A stretch of DNA of 64,000 bases from Chrysemys picta bellii (lineage: Eukaryota): positions 2,604,001 through 2,668,000 of the forward strand of contig NC_088800.1 in NCBI RefSeq assembly GCF_011386835.1. The letters run 5' to 3'. The notes beneath the pieces are model-generated. The model was not told the DNA's origin and did no database searches. It saw only the letters and a list, made by a program, of their open reading frames with translations. Each line of letters begins with the position of its first letter. Position 1 is the first letter of the stretch. Both the position numbers and the translations under genes were made by a program. This document shows, in pieces, positions 49,634 to 61,795 of the stretch.

Positions 49634-52600
49634 CATGCCAGCCTTCTGTTTGGCAACTATTGACCAGTACTAAGAGGAAGGGCAGAGGCTACAAAAGCAG
49701 AAGGAAGCCCTGACTTAGGCTGGGTTAGACAATCGTTGTCCGTCACCCCTTTAATTGGATAATACAGCCTACTGGGTGTGTGTGTGGAGGCGTGAGGCCA
49801 ACCGAGGGGGTTGCTTGTTTTTGGATACCAGCAATCCTCCGTTTATCCCAATGCAAATGCCATCCATGTTGTTTTCTTCACTACACCTTTAAGGTTTACT
49901 CCTGGCACACAGGCTAGTTACAACACTGTTTGCTTTCACCGCCTGTTGGCCATAAAATGGAAGGAGGCAAAGGGCACAACTGAGTGGCGCTTCTCTGTGT
50001 GGCCAGTTGTGTTACAGATGAATGTGATGGCACTTCTGGCTATCAGATGTGCAATACAGATAAGTGCAAGAATTCCTGCTCCTTTAATAACTTGCATTGA
50101 CCTCCTGCCAGTAATCTGGAAGGAAGTGGTTTGTGGGGAATGGTGACAGTGATGAGTTTGTTCTGAAATGTGGCTATCGCTTGAGGTTTCTGCTTTGGAA
50201 AGCTGACTAATTTCTACCTAGAGCAGGCCACAAGAAAAAAATCCCAAGGAATGACTAACCGCTAACCTTTTGACACGTAGTTTCAACAGAGGCAAGATGG
50301 GTTTGGGTGACATGGAAATGTTAAGAGCTGAACACTGTCTCCTAAGTGTTATCAGTGCTGCTTCACTCCACGCAACAAGCAGCTGGTGTTACCCATCTTG
50401 ATCTCTGAGGTCTGGGATCTGCTGACTGTCACTCGTCTGAGGAGCCGTGGAGAGCACGCAGGAAGAGTCGGTATAATAAATACTGATAAACTCCCATCAG
50501 TTTCTTCATGGGCCTGTTGATGCTCCTTGCAAATCCAAGTGCCTTTAAACGTTTCCTCCAGCACTGCAGGAGAAGCCCATAGCTGATTATGGGGCTCTGA
50601 CTCTCTTACAGGACAATTCGTGAAAACAAGGAGAGCCGCCTTTGAATTGTAGCCCAAGTTTTAGACTGTAAATTCCTCCATGGAAAAGCACCCGGGAAGA
50701 ATTAGTGACACATAGAATTGCGTGTTCGGTTGGGGTGTAGGAGGGCGTAAGCTTCTTAATTCAGGTCCTGTTTAGAAATTTCAGTGAACGTGTTGAGCAT
50801 CCTTGTTCCTCCACAGCTGAAAGAATAACTGACTCGTACCCTAGATTTAGGGGAGAAGCCAAGCCACTGCAGAAGTCTGCTAGCGTATGAATGGATCTCA
50901 AAGACAGATATAAATCCTGATATGCTAATGTGACCAGCACAGCATCATGCTGTTATTAAGGATATGTCGTGAGAGCGCGGACTGAGGAGTTGGCCGATAC
51001 AAGCCCTCTTCCTGTCTCTCCCGCTGGCTCTGTGCTATCCCAATGTGCTCAGATCCCCGGTGATGGGTGCCATAGAAGAACCTAGACAAGTATTTATAGC
51101 ATGCCTAAACTTGGGACAAGTCACATGAGCAGTCTGGGCTGCACGGTGATCTGTATATTGGGGTGATAATGCATTTACTTCCTTTTTTATTAAGCACTTG
51201 GTGCTCTTAGGCTGAAATCATTATACCAAGTGCCACATACTTAATATCTGGATTCTTGTGTCAGATTAGCCCAATTTTATTGGCCTGAATGGCAATTCCC
51301 TCTGAACCTTTGAACCCAGCTCGGATCTATTTCTATTGCTCTAACTTCTGAGTAGGAGACATCAGTATCCTCATGGTAGCGATAGGAATAAGTACATATG
51401 CGAGGTTGCCTATTGACAGGTTCCCATTTCTGATGTTAGTGCAGAGGGGACAGCTGTAAAGTGTCTTTGGCTTTGAAGCAGTTGAAATTTAGGAGCTTAG
51501 GCCCTTGCTAATTTCTTTCTCCAAAGTAGCTTAATTTCGTGGGTGGCAGGATGCAATTTGCATTTGTTTGGCTTTCCAGTGAAACGTTTGGCTTGTCATC
51601 TCTTGAGGCACAGCACGCTCCCTAAATAGCAGACTACATTTCTCTACCTAGACTTAAAAAAAAAAAATACCCTGCCAAATGAAAGGACATATTCCAGTAT
51701 TTTTTTGTTGTTACAACAAATTGGGTGGATACTGTCAGGCTTCTGTATTCTGGGAATGCGTCCAGAGTCTCTTTGTGTGTAAGTCAGTTACCATGTAATT
51801 GTCAGCTTAAATTGCAGTGTTGGATAACTTAGCTTAGTTGTAAGATAAACTGCCTCTCTTCTGACACAGCATCAGCACTGTGAGGGCAAGGAGTTTCTCT
51901 CTGGCATTCCCTGTTCTTCGGCATGACAGAGACTCCTAGGAGACTGGAAAGATCTGCAAAATGCAGTGGATGCTGGGCTGGAAAACCCCTGGCCCCGCTG
52001 GGTGGCTTGGCAAGCATATTGTAAGCGAGTACGAGACGATTTCCCATCAGCACTTCCTGATCCTCAGTGGAGAGAGATGCCTTGATAAAATCCTGCCTCC
52101 ACTGGGGTGTGTGCGTGTGGTCTAGTGGAAAAGCTACTGCACCAGGGAGGACTGTTTCTCGAAGTGTGGACGTGGCAAATTGTCATGTGAAATACCTGGT
52201 TAGCCCAGAGGTTAAACCGGGGTACTAATGGGGTGGTCGAACCACATTGCTTCCTTTCCAGACAAACCGCTTTCCATGTGGCGATGAGATCTGTAACGTT
52301 GGGTGATTTCTTCTCCACACCACCTGGAGCGGTGGGAGGGAAGAGTCCTCGGAGGGAATGGGAATTTGTCCAGTTACTTCCTCATTCACGATGCCAGCTC
52401 GTTGTTTTGTTGTTGTTCAGCCAGCATCCCAATGACAGGTCCTGCTAGGCAGTACTTGCACGTTAAGGTTCAGTCGTTTCTTGGCTTTGGTTTCCACCTT
52501 CCCCAAATTCTTAATTCCACAGAATATTTAACCTCTTGTGACAACAGTCAATTACACATCTCCCATTGGGATTTGTAGGGGCGGTCTTATTCGAACAGCT

Positions 52601-52902
52601 CTACTTTAGTTCATACTATCAATGCTGCTTTCAGTTTGTTGTGCAATTCTTTTTAGACAAGGAAACCACGACATCCGTTTGATCACGAGCCATGCAAGTG
52701 ATCTGGGAACAGAGCTGTGTAATAATGGAGAATTTCAGTGGTTTATGAGAAAGTGGAACACCCCGTGTTCCACCTCAACCCTCTTGCAACAACAAGTGAT
52801 CTGTGCAGGTGGAAAACCTCTCTCTTTGTCAGAAAAAGATGATTTCATTGCAAGCATGGCAAACCCCGTAAAGGTGATTAACTCTGTGGTCACGTGACTC
52901 CC

Positions 52903-53222
52903 ATCATAGAATATCAGGGTTGGAAGGGACCTCAGGAGGTATCTAGTCCAACCCCCTGCTCAAAGCAGGACCAATCCCCAACTAAATCATCCTAGCCAGG
53001 GCTTTGTCAAGCCTGACCTTAAAAACCTCTAAGGAAGGAGATTCCACCACCTCCCTAGGTAACCCATTCCAGCACTTCACCACCTCCTAGTGAAAAAGTT
53101 TTTCCTAATATCCAACCTAAACCTCCCCCACTTCAACTTCAGACCATTACTCCTTGTTCTGTCATCTGCTACCACTGAAAACAGCCGAGCTCCATCCTCT
53201 TTGGAACCCCCCTTCAGGTAGT
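52903..53222 (-). mobile_element. CR1 LINE 3' end, same family as 5179-5694
   Basis: Reverse complement aligns to 5370-5694 at high identity. Confidence 0.95.
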
Positions 53223-54227
53223 GAACTGCCATGCAGTGCCATGGTTCGACTGTGGTATATAGTGAGGAATATAGTCCAGCTGAGGGAGGACAATAGGAGT
53301 AGGAGGCAGCCCAGCTGTATTTCTCATGAAAAATGGTGACTAAACTTTATTTTTGTCAAAATGCTTCACGGAATTTTGTAGGGTTTTGTTTTCTGATTGA
53401 TGAAAACCGGACAAATTTCATCAAATCTTTTCTCCTTACGTTGTCAAAAAGACATTTTTCATTTAAAAAAAGTTTGAGCTAGTGCTAGTCTCCGTGTAGG
53501 CCCCTCAGAGAAATAATCTCCATTTCAAAATCTCCTCGTTGCCCACAAGCAAAGCAGAGATAAAATTCAGGGTGCACAGACCCCAGGAAAGGGAACAGCC
53601 ATTCAGTTCGTACTGCACAGCAGAGTGGGTTAACAGGGAACCACTCTGTGCTTGGCATCAGCTGGCCATCTCAGCAATATCATGTGGCAAATTCATTGTG
53701 TCAACACTTGCTCCGCTGATTATATTGCCCTTTCTAAATGCGTTTGGTTGGCTGGTGCTCCGAATGAGGCCTTTTACCACGCACATGGTCATTTGCTTAA
53801 CAGTATCCCTAACTGTTTTGCAGGGACATTTGGCTTTGAAAAAACAGGCTGCTCTCATGTCCTGTTGCTTTATTATATTAAACATGATGTGGCAAACGTT
53901 GCCAGCCAACCCTCTGACGCTTGCAAGCTTAACTGTTCTTCACCTGGTGGGTTTGCTCTTTATCAAGAGGCCCGAAGTGCCTGCCCGCTGGATTGGAAGG
54001 AATCTCACCGGAGTGCCAGCAGACGGCTCCAAGCACTCAAGCCAAGGGAGCCCTGTAGCATATGGTCACTTTCCGAGCAGGGTTACAGCTTCCTATCTAG
54101 TGCTAAGTTATCATCCGGTTTTGGCATATCTGTGGAACGGGCTCACACCTGCCTGGTGACCATGTGAAGGTAGAAGAGGGGCTTTTGAAAGGCTTGCATT
54201 TGTTTTCAAAGGCGCAGTATGCACTAA

Positions 54228-54380
54228 GCCCCGATTAGCATTGGCTCTGTTCTAGCTTGAAGAAAAGACATCCCTGTTGGCACTGCCACCTACTGCGTCA
54301 CAGGGCTTTCCTTTGGGGTCTCCCATCCAAGTGGCTGTGCAGACCTGACCCGGCTTAGCTTGAGAGATCTGTGAAGATGT
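54228..54380 (-). mobile_element. 5S rRNA-headed SINE fragment (AmnSINE1-like)
   Basis: Minus strand AGATCTCTCAAGCTAAGCCGGGTCAGGTCTG...CACTTGGATGGGAGACC matches 5S rRNA GATCTCGGAAGCTAAGCAGGGTCGGGCCTGG...TACTTGGATGGGAGACC. Confidence 0.65.
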
Positions 54381-55628
54381 CAACTCAAATTAGGGGCAAT
54401 TTGTTTCTTGTTTTGAAACCAAATCCCAGAGGAATGAAGGCAGAGAGCCGGAGGCGGACTGCGTCAAAGCTGCAAGCTCTCAGGGGTTGAAGAGTATTTG
54501 ATAGTTTGGCTTAGTTCCTGAGCTCTCCAATGGTACTCCTAAATTTAAGGGATTAATTTCCTCTTTGGCTTATACAAACTCACCTCAGTCTCCGGTGCCA
54601 GGCCAAACTGAAGAATGTGGCTTTGGGGTTTTTGTTCCTTTAAGCAAACAAGAGTTTGCTTGTAAAACAGACGTTTCCACCACAGGCTAGTCTCCGCTCC
54701 TAGACCTCATTGTTCGAGCCCAGGACGGAGATGCAGTGACGATTTCCACTGTTTTCCCTGCTTCGCAGAGGGGTCTCCAAATGCCTCGTTTTAAAACTTC
54801 TCCTTGTGTCATTGTTAGGTGGACGCGCTCGGAGGGGCTCTAATCGGATCTGATGGAAAGTGACCGGATCTGTAATTCAGGCTGACACATCCAAGAGGTT
54901 TAGCAGCACTCAGCCTCAGCTCGGATGGCCCTTGGTTTACTGCTGCATGCAGAAACGGTGCCGAGAGTTAAAATGCCCTGTGCTACTGGCAAACTGACAG
55001 TCCTGATCTCTGCTGAGCTGCATTATACGTGGGTAATTCAGCACATCCCTAAATAATGGGATTAATAGTTTTAGAGGGTCTGTTACCCAGGCTAATGGTT
55101 CATTGCTGAATCATAAAGGATTCCATTATACTTCTGATTTATTATAGGCTGTGGGATTAATTTCCTGAAATATATGGTCATGATGTTGAGGTTAAATTAA
55201 AATCTCATTTGAAAGGATTCTTTTTATTATATTTAATTGGTAATCCTTTTCCTAGAGCCATTTTATGGTTCTCTTCCTCCCTCCCCCACCTTTAAATTTT
55301 CAGTATTGTGTTTTCAGGAGGAAAACTATTTCGTGGCCACTAATAGCCTGTTTCAGTTTAACCTTTTAAAGTCACTTACCATTGACAGTTTTCTAGCACC
55401 AGTTGTTCATACACAACACCATTGTAAATCCTCTCTCAAAAAAACAATAATTTAGAGGTTAAAAGCAAAGACAGTTCCCGATGGATTAGAAATCCGTCCA
55501 TTTTCCTCTTCTCCTGCCCTCCATCTGCTTCAGTCTGCTGTAACTAAAACTCATTTTACTCAACAGCTGAAAACCCTAATAAAGCTCCATTTTAGTGACT
55601 CTCACCTGGAATTCTTTCTACTTGGTAA

Positions 55629-56054
55629 CATAGGCGCCACCTTCCTCCGGGCCCGGGGGGGGCTCAACCCCCTGCTCCACTCCAGGCGCTGCCCCCACCC
55701 TGCTTCCCCCCAGTCCCCACCCTGCTTCTTCCTGCCCCCGCTCCGTCCCACCCCATCCCACCCCACCCCTTCTCCCAAGTCCCCACCTCTTCCCGCCCCT
55801 GCCCCGCCTCTTTCCCGCCTCTTCCTGCCCAGTTCCACCCCCTCCCCTGAGCGTGCCCCCTCCTTGGTCCTCCCCTGCGGCACCTCCTGCATGCCGTGGA
55901 ACAGCTGATTGCGGTGGGGGGGGGAGGAGTTGATTGGCGGGGCCGCGGGCGGTTGGGGGGCAGGGGAAGCTGGCTGCCAGTGGGTGCTAAGCACCTGCTA
56001 ATTTTTTTCCTTGGGTGCTCGAGCCCTGGAGCACCCACAGAGTTGGCGCCTATG
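55629..56054. mobile_element. Non-autonomous hAT MITE, 426 bp
   Basis: TIRs CATAGGCGCCA / TGGCGCCTATG. Perfect 8-bp TSD CTTGGTAA at 55621-55628 and 56055-56062. Confidence 0.92.
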
Positions 56055-56108
56055 CTTGGTAATGTCCTGAATGAAAAGCGTAGTTGGTTCAATGTTAGGC
56101 TTGCCAGG

Positions 56109-56560
56109 CCCAGACCTGAAGAAGAGCTCTGTGTGGCTCGAAAGCTTGTCTCTCTCCCCAACAGAAGTTGGTCCAATAGAGCTATTACCTCACCCGCCTT
56201 GCCTCCAGACCCTCTGTGACACCCTTCTGAAGGTTTCATGTAGATAGTACTGTGCACATCTATCGAGACACTGGTTTTGTGTCTCATTACAACAGTCCGT
56301 AACTCACTAACCTTCTGTGTCCAATGACTGCAGAGGTGTTAGTCGCCCACTTCATCTTGAATGGTTTCTTGCAACATGGGTTAAGTCCTTATGCTTAACA
56401 ATCTGTTCCACCCTGTATTTAGTGGTGACACTCAGAGTACATTTCCTAGACCTAAAAAAGAGCTCTGTGTAGTAACAGAAGTTGGTCCAATAAAAGATAC
56501 TACCTCACCTGTCTTGTGTCTCCCACATCCTGGGACCAACAATGCTACAACTCTGCAAAC
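56109..56560 (+). mobile_element. Penelope-like element relic with two tandem pseudo-LTR copies
   Basis: AGACCT.AA.AAGAGCTCTGTGT...AACAGAAGTTGGTCCAATA..G.TA.TACCTCACC occurs at 56112 and 56448 (offset 336 bp). The first copy holds a hammerhead motif. Confidence 0.75.
56112..56151 (+). ncRNA. Minimal hammerhead ribozyme (Penelope-type), apparently intact
   Basis: AGAC-CTGAAGA-A-GAGC TCTGTGTG GCTC-GAAA-GCT-T-GTCT: stem I AGAC/GTCT, core CUGANGA and GAAA, stem II GAGC/GCTC, palindromic AGCT stem III. Predicted cleavage after 56147. Confidence 0.75.
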
Positions 56561-57476
56561 ACACACAAATCAGCAGTTGTGCAGTTTGGCAATAAGCAGG
56601 TCTCTGGGAGAGGTAGGACATGGAGTACAGAAGGGCTTTCTCCTGGACCTTGTTCCCAGAGCAGCTCGGATGTAAATTCTCATATGTTACTTGTGGTGGC
56701 TTATTATTTATTTTTTTCTTTGATTGACAATAATAAAAAGTGTCCATCCAAAGGCTCTGGACACCATGCCAATGAGCTCATTTGCATTTTTGGTTTTGTA
56801 AGACTAATCAACTCACCCTCTTTACTAAGCAGCAGCTCATAATCAAATATGAACAGCCCCATGCATTGGCCTATACCTCCTTCTCCCTGTTTTATTCAAA
56901 AGCCAGGTGAAACAAATGGAGCCAGTATATTGATAAAATGCCCTAGGAGGGTTCAAATGCCATCACGTAAATGTGGTGATTTATCCTGTGCTCCGGGAAT
57001 CCTTTCCATTAATTTAAAAAATACAATATCATCATTGCTGCAAAACCAGCCACTATTTTCTCCCTCCTATGTACATCTGAGAGCCTTGTTAGCAAACATA
57101 CTACAAATCTCTCACCCCTCTTATTCCTCTCCCCAAATGTCAGCTCAAACAGGTCGGCCTTGGAGCATAGGGTAGTTTGGATCAAAGGAGGAATGAATTC
57201 CAGAATCTAGAGGCTCTTATAGCGAATATTCTGCCAGCACCATCTCTCCTATAGATCAAGGGACTCCAGTTTGAGTTCCTCTGTTGCTTGCCAGTGCAGC
57301 AGTATGGCATGGGGAAGGAAAGGCAGTCTTAATCCAAAGAGTTTACAATCAGAAAAAGCCACAAGCCATCAAGTATGTGTGAAGATAAACAGGAACATAT
57401 GATTTCTGAGGAAATTATGCTTCAGTCATCCATAACACATCATCATCACATCATCATCATCCCTCAAATGTTAGCG

Positions 57477-57698
57477 CAGTGGGTCTCAAACTTTTGTACT
57501 GGTGACCCCTTTCACATAGCAAGCCTCTGAGTGTGACCCCCCCCCTTAAATATATAAAAATGTGTTTTTAATTTATAACACCATTATAAATGCTGGAGGC
57601 AAAGCAGGGTTTGGGGTGGAGGCTGACAGCTCGCGACCCCCCATGTAATAACCTCATGACTCCCTGAGGGGTCCTGACCCGCAGTTTGAGAACCCCTG
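57477..57698. mobile_element. Non-autonomous hAT (Charlie/Buster-like) MITE, 222 bp
   Basis: TIRs CAGTGGGTCTCAAACT / AGTTTGAGAACCCCTG. Perfect TSD TGTTAGCG. Confidence 0.92.
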
Positions 57699-58694
57699 TG
57701 TTAGCGCCAGCGAAAACCTCAGGACCCTGTTTGCCTTTAAACGTTTGTGTTTGAGAGAGGGTTTAAGAGTCTGTTGTACATAAACAACAAGAGCCGGAAA
57801 ATTGGGACTGGTGAGTGAATTTAAAAGGTGGTATTGAAATGAGATTCTTCTTGGAAATATAACTCTGCACATCTAAGGGAAAGAGTGCAGGATTCTAGGA
57901 AAAGTTTTATAGATGAAGTCTTAAAAAAAAACCCCACCTTTCAAATCAGTTTTTAATTTATCCTCAATGTTATGGTTGGATAGTTCAGGGAATGAATCCC
58001 TCAGTTCATAAATTCTAGATGCTGAGCTGTGAGCTGTCCTACAATTCCTCTGTAACAAACTTTCTTGTAGTGGAGTAAAAAAGAAACAGTTTAGACAGAA
58101 ATGAAGCACGTTCTTTGTGGAGACAGCTCGTTGTCTAGTCACTTCTTGTTGCTGTTTGGTCCAGGGCAGGATAAAGCTGTCTTCGGTGCTGTTCCTACAT
58201 CTCTCCAAGTTGCTAGGTTCCTGTGCAGCTCCTCCTATGAAAGCCGGCATCAGCATGATGTTGACAGCCATACTTGCCTCCACACTGATCTTCTCATTGA
58301 GGATGACCTGTTGTGTCCCTGATGACATTGTTTAGAAGTTTGTCAAGGCAGGTTGCTGCTGTCCTGTTGCACCTGGAATATACCAGCTGGATCAATCTTT
58401 TACAGGAGGCTAAAAGTAAAACTGTTGGCAAGTCAATCTGTTGGCATGGCCAGGTAACTTTTGCCTGTGAAGTGTTAGGTTTTGATACAGTGAAGAGGTC
58501 AGGTATTGGGAGAATTGCAAAGTTGAGTCACAGTTCAGGCCAACTTCTCAGCAGAGTGCAGACTTCTGATTGCAGGATGAAACATTTCTTCTCGTGGTAA
58601 CAGCTGCTGGTCCTTGCGATTAGCGCTCTTGAGATTGCTATCAGATTTTGAATGTGCCACCTTCTTGCACTTGCCTGGAAGATGGTCGTACTGC

Positions 58695-59100
58695 CATAGA
58701 GTTTCAGGCCAGAAGGGACCAACAAATCATCTAGACTGACCTCTTGTGTATAATGGGCCACCAGCCTCACCCAGCACCTGCACGCTAAACCAGCACCCCA
58801 AATTAGACCAAAGTAAACGAGACTCCCGGGCACCTAGACTGTTATGTGCTGGAGGCACCGAGGTGCACCAATGCCTGAGTCCCCTCCAGGGACAGGAAAA
58901 TGATTCAGTGTGATAAACTCAGATGATCCTGGTGAGTGACCCGCATGCAGAGGAAGGCAAAGAAAACCAAGGTCATTGCCAGTCTGGGGGAAAATCCCTT
59001 CCTGACCACACATGATGTGGCGCTCAGTTAGACCCTGAGCCTGTGAGCAAGAACCGGCCAGCCATGCACCTGAGAGACAGAATGCTCTGTGCCTCCTCAT
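58695..59100 (-). mobile_element. CR1 LINE long 3' UTR fragment
   Basis: CATAGAGTTTCAGGCCAGAAGGGACCAACAAATCATCTAGACTGACCTC is a reverse CR1 terminus. Homologous to 22700-23185. Confidence 0.75.
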
Positions 59101-59849
59101 GCAATCAAAAATCCAGCAGCTCCAGAATACACTGGAGGAGGGTTGGGGGAGAACATTTCCTGCCCCTGAAGGTGGCCAGGTGAAGCCCCATCTCCCCTTC
59201 CTACATCTGTCTAGGTCTCGGCATGTCTCTTTCTCCTCCTTAAATGCTCCCAACCCCACAGGGGATTTGACTCCATCACTGGGCCCTGTGTGCTGGTAGC
59301 ATCAGTGTGAAAGTGACTAGTATCTGACTCATCAAAGCACTCTGTGTAGGTGCTTCGGATCTTGGTCACTTTCTGTTGCTAGTGCACACACAGTAGATCA
59401 CAGGAAGATGACAGCTAAGAAAGTGGGGAGGAAAGTGAGCGACTGCTTCAAACCTCTGATTTCTCGGGTGGCAAGAGCATCACAGTGCTGTTGCCTACTG
59501 CTGGGGCGCCTGCTTACTCATCCTCTTAGCATTATTCATGGCAGCACCTACTAGGGGCTAAGCACTCCCCAAAGACTTGAAAAGGATGCTCTCTCCTCTG
59601 AGCGCTCACCATGTATAAGGATCAGCAAACTCAATAGAGACGATAGGCAATTGTACGTAAGTCAGCTTGATTCACTGTCGGCGGTGTGGCAGAAGGGAGT
59701 CTTCATGAAGGACTGAAACCCGGAGACGCCCAGGGCCACGCGGATTTGCTCAGGGAAGTCACCCTGTGCACACATGGGCTGCATGGAAGGGCCCGGAGAA
59801 AAGTGACCATCTCACAAATGGGTGGGTGAGGTTGAGCGTGTTGGTGGAG

Positions 59850-60545
59850 TGGAGGGGCCAGGGGTTGGAATGAGAGGTTTGGCTACAGGGACGGAGAGGA
59901 AAGGATGGGTCTTGGAGACACGGGGGAGGCAAAAGCAGCGGAGTTTGGAAATGACCTGGATGGATGTGGTGAGAGGAGGAGTCAGAAAGACCATGCGGAT
60001 AGCAGACCTGAGCAATGCGGCGGGCAGTGATTGCAAAGCTCTGGGAGGGAAGATAAGGAGTTTGGTTGGAGCCATGTGCACTCTAAGACGGTGACAAGAT
60101 ATGCAAGAGGAGTTGTTGGAGACAAGCTGAGACGTGGGGTGCGGAGGAAGGGGACAGTTTAGGAGCACAGAGAGATTTGGGAGGGTAGTGATGATAGCCA
60201 AGGCTGTGTGAGCTGATGGGATCCTCTAGAGGGAGGTGGTAAGGGAGAGGGGCCAAGGGCAGAGTCCCAGGGAGCCCCACGGAGACCAGGAGAGGGGAAG
60301 CGGAGAAGGCCTCCCAATGAAGCCGGAAGGGCAATCAGAGTGGTAGGAGGAGACGCAGGAGAGGGCAGCGTCTTGACAGTCTGTGGGGAGAAGATGCTTG
60401 ACTGTATCCACGGCAGAAGGAGGCCGAGGAGGATGAGCGAAGAGCAGAGGCCTGAGGTTAGGCTGGGAAGAGGTCACTTGAGGCCCAAGTGAGAATGGTT
60501 TCAGTGGAGTGGACACGTCGGAAGCCAGGCTGGAAGGGATGCAAA
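59850..60545 (-). mobile_element. L2 LINE reverse-transcriptase relic
   Basis: Minus-strand ORF pieces LHPFQPGFRRVHSTETILTWASSDL (L2 QSGFRxxHSTETAL motif), PGTLPLAPL...PISSHSLGYHHY, and TKLLIFPP...SKLRCFCLPRVSKTHPFLS occur in the expected order across frameshifts. Confidence 0.75.
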
Positions 60546-61259
60546 GCCGTGCTAGCCCGCTGCAGCGCAGCCTTGTGCTGCTGCCTCTGGTCCCCCTTTG
60601 ACAGGAAGAGAGAGGGGGTCTGAAGGTGGTTTCTTGAACAAGTTCTCTCCCTTATATGGAGGCAGAGCTGGGCTGCAGCCCAGGTCAGCCGATTCGATCC
60701 TTTGTTTGTGAGCAGAGAGTCTCTGTCCTGGGGCAGGGCATGCCTGCAAATCCTGCTCTCTGGAAACCAAATGTAACACTGTCCTCTTGTAAGTACCCCA
60801 GTGTCTGGGGAACATGAGCGGAGTTTGACTTCAGATTCCCAAACCAGCCTTGTCCAGAGGCACTTTGCCTCCTGAAGCTGAGTCTCCATGTTCTGTGATG
60901 TCGTTTAACTTATTGCCACGCTGACAGCTCTCCACCCTGAGCTGTCAATTGTGCGTGAGTGTGTGTGTGTTCCTCTAGAAGTGCTGATGGACACGTTGAG
61001 TAACAGTATCTGCTTGTTACAGGACATCTTGGGGCCGATTACTGAGGTCAGGACTGAACTGGAAAGACCACAGAGGGTTGCTGACTGGCATCCGTGGTCC
61101 AGATAAGATAAAAACAACTGATGACAGCAGGGAAGTGAAACAGCCATCTCAGCAGTTGGATTAGTGCCCAACGCAGAGGAAGGAAAAAATGGGGGAAGGG
61201 GTGGGGATGAGGCTGTTGTGTGTTAGTTGTGTCCAGAGTTTTCATCTGAGCAGTGTGTT

Positions 61260-61670
61260 AAATATTTATGAAATGGTGGCGCTTGTCGAATTTTTCCGAG
61301 CTACACGTTTTCCCTGAGTGTGTGCGCGATGCGGTTAATCTGACTGGCCCGTTACTCTCGCCTGGCATCGCTTCAGCCTCACGGTGAGAAATAATTCCAT
61401 TGTGATAGTGGCAAAACTTCAGGGGAAACAAAGCTAGCGGCATGCAAAGTGAACAGCTCTGACGTGTCTGCGGTGCTGCGGGCTGCGCCGGACCTGGGAG
61501 CCGGATAGCTCAAGATTCACTTCAGCAGAGTATAAATCCAAATCAAAGCGGGGGAAGGATAAAGGAGGTGCCATAAAAGCGACCATTATCGTTCAGAAAA
61601 TTCTGCTGAGGCGCAGCAGAGTAATTAAATCAGAAGTACTTATTATTCAGCCGAAGCGACGTGGTAAGTG
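61260..61670 (+). promoter_or_regulatory. Repeat-free CpG-rich island with Hox/Pbx-type sites, a TATA-like box and a strong splice donor
   Basis: TATAAAT at 61531, GCCATAAA at 61570, TAATTAAATCA at 61622 (reverse TGATTTAAT), TG/GTAAGT at 61663-61664. Motif evidence only. Confidence 0.35.
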
Positions 61671-61795
61671 GCTGAAGGACTGTGACGAGAAAGGGAGGAC
61701 AATGCCCAGCCTTTCTGTTCAGAGTCTCCGCTGAGATGCGAGTCTGCTCCTGCTCCGGTCAGCCCTACAGCAGGGTCACGCTGCATGAATACGCC

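Noticed and set aside
53539-54167. Two overlapping plus-strand ORFs (206 and 171 aa)
   Set aside because: No recognisable motifs or convincing splice boundaries. Overlapping open frames are expected by chance. A BLASTP/PhyloCSF test would be needed to revive them.
57921-58680. ORF 57921-58328 and its flank, considered as a processed pseudogene or RTE LINE 3' end
   Set aside because: Only faint, frame-hopping similarity (for example RQKLPGHANRL, RSVWRQV), not enough to call. BLASTX against Repbase would settle it.
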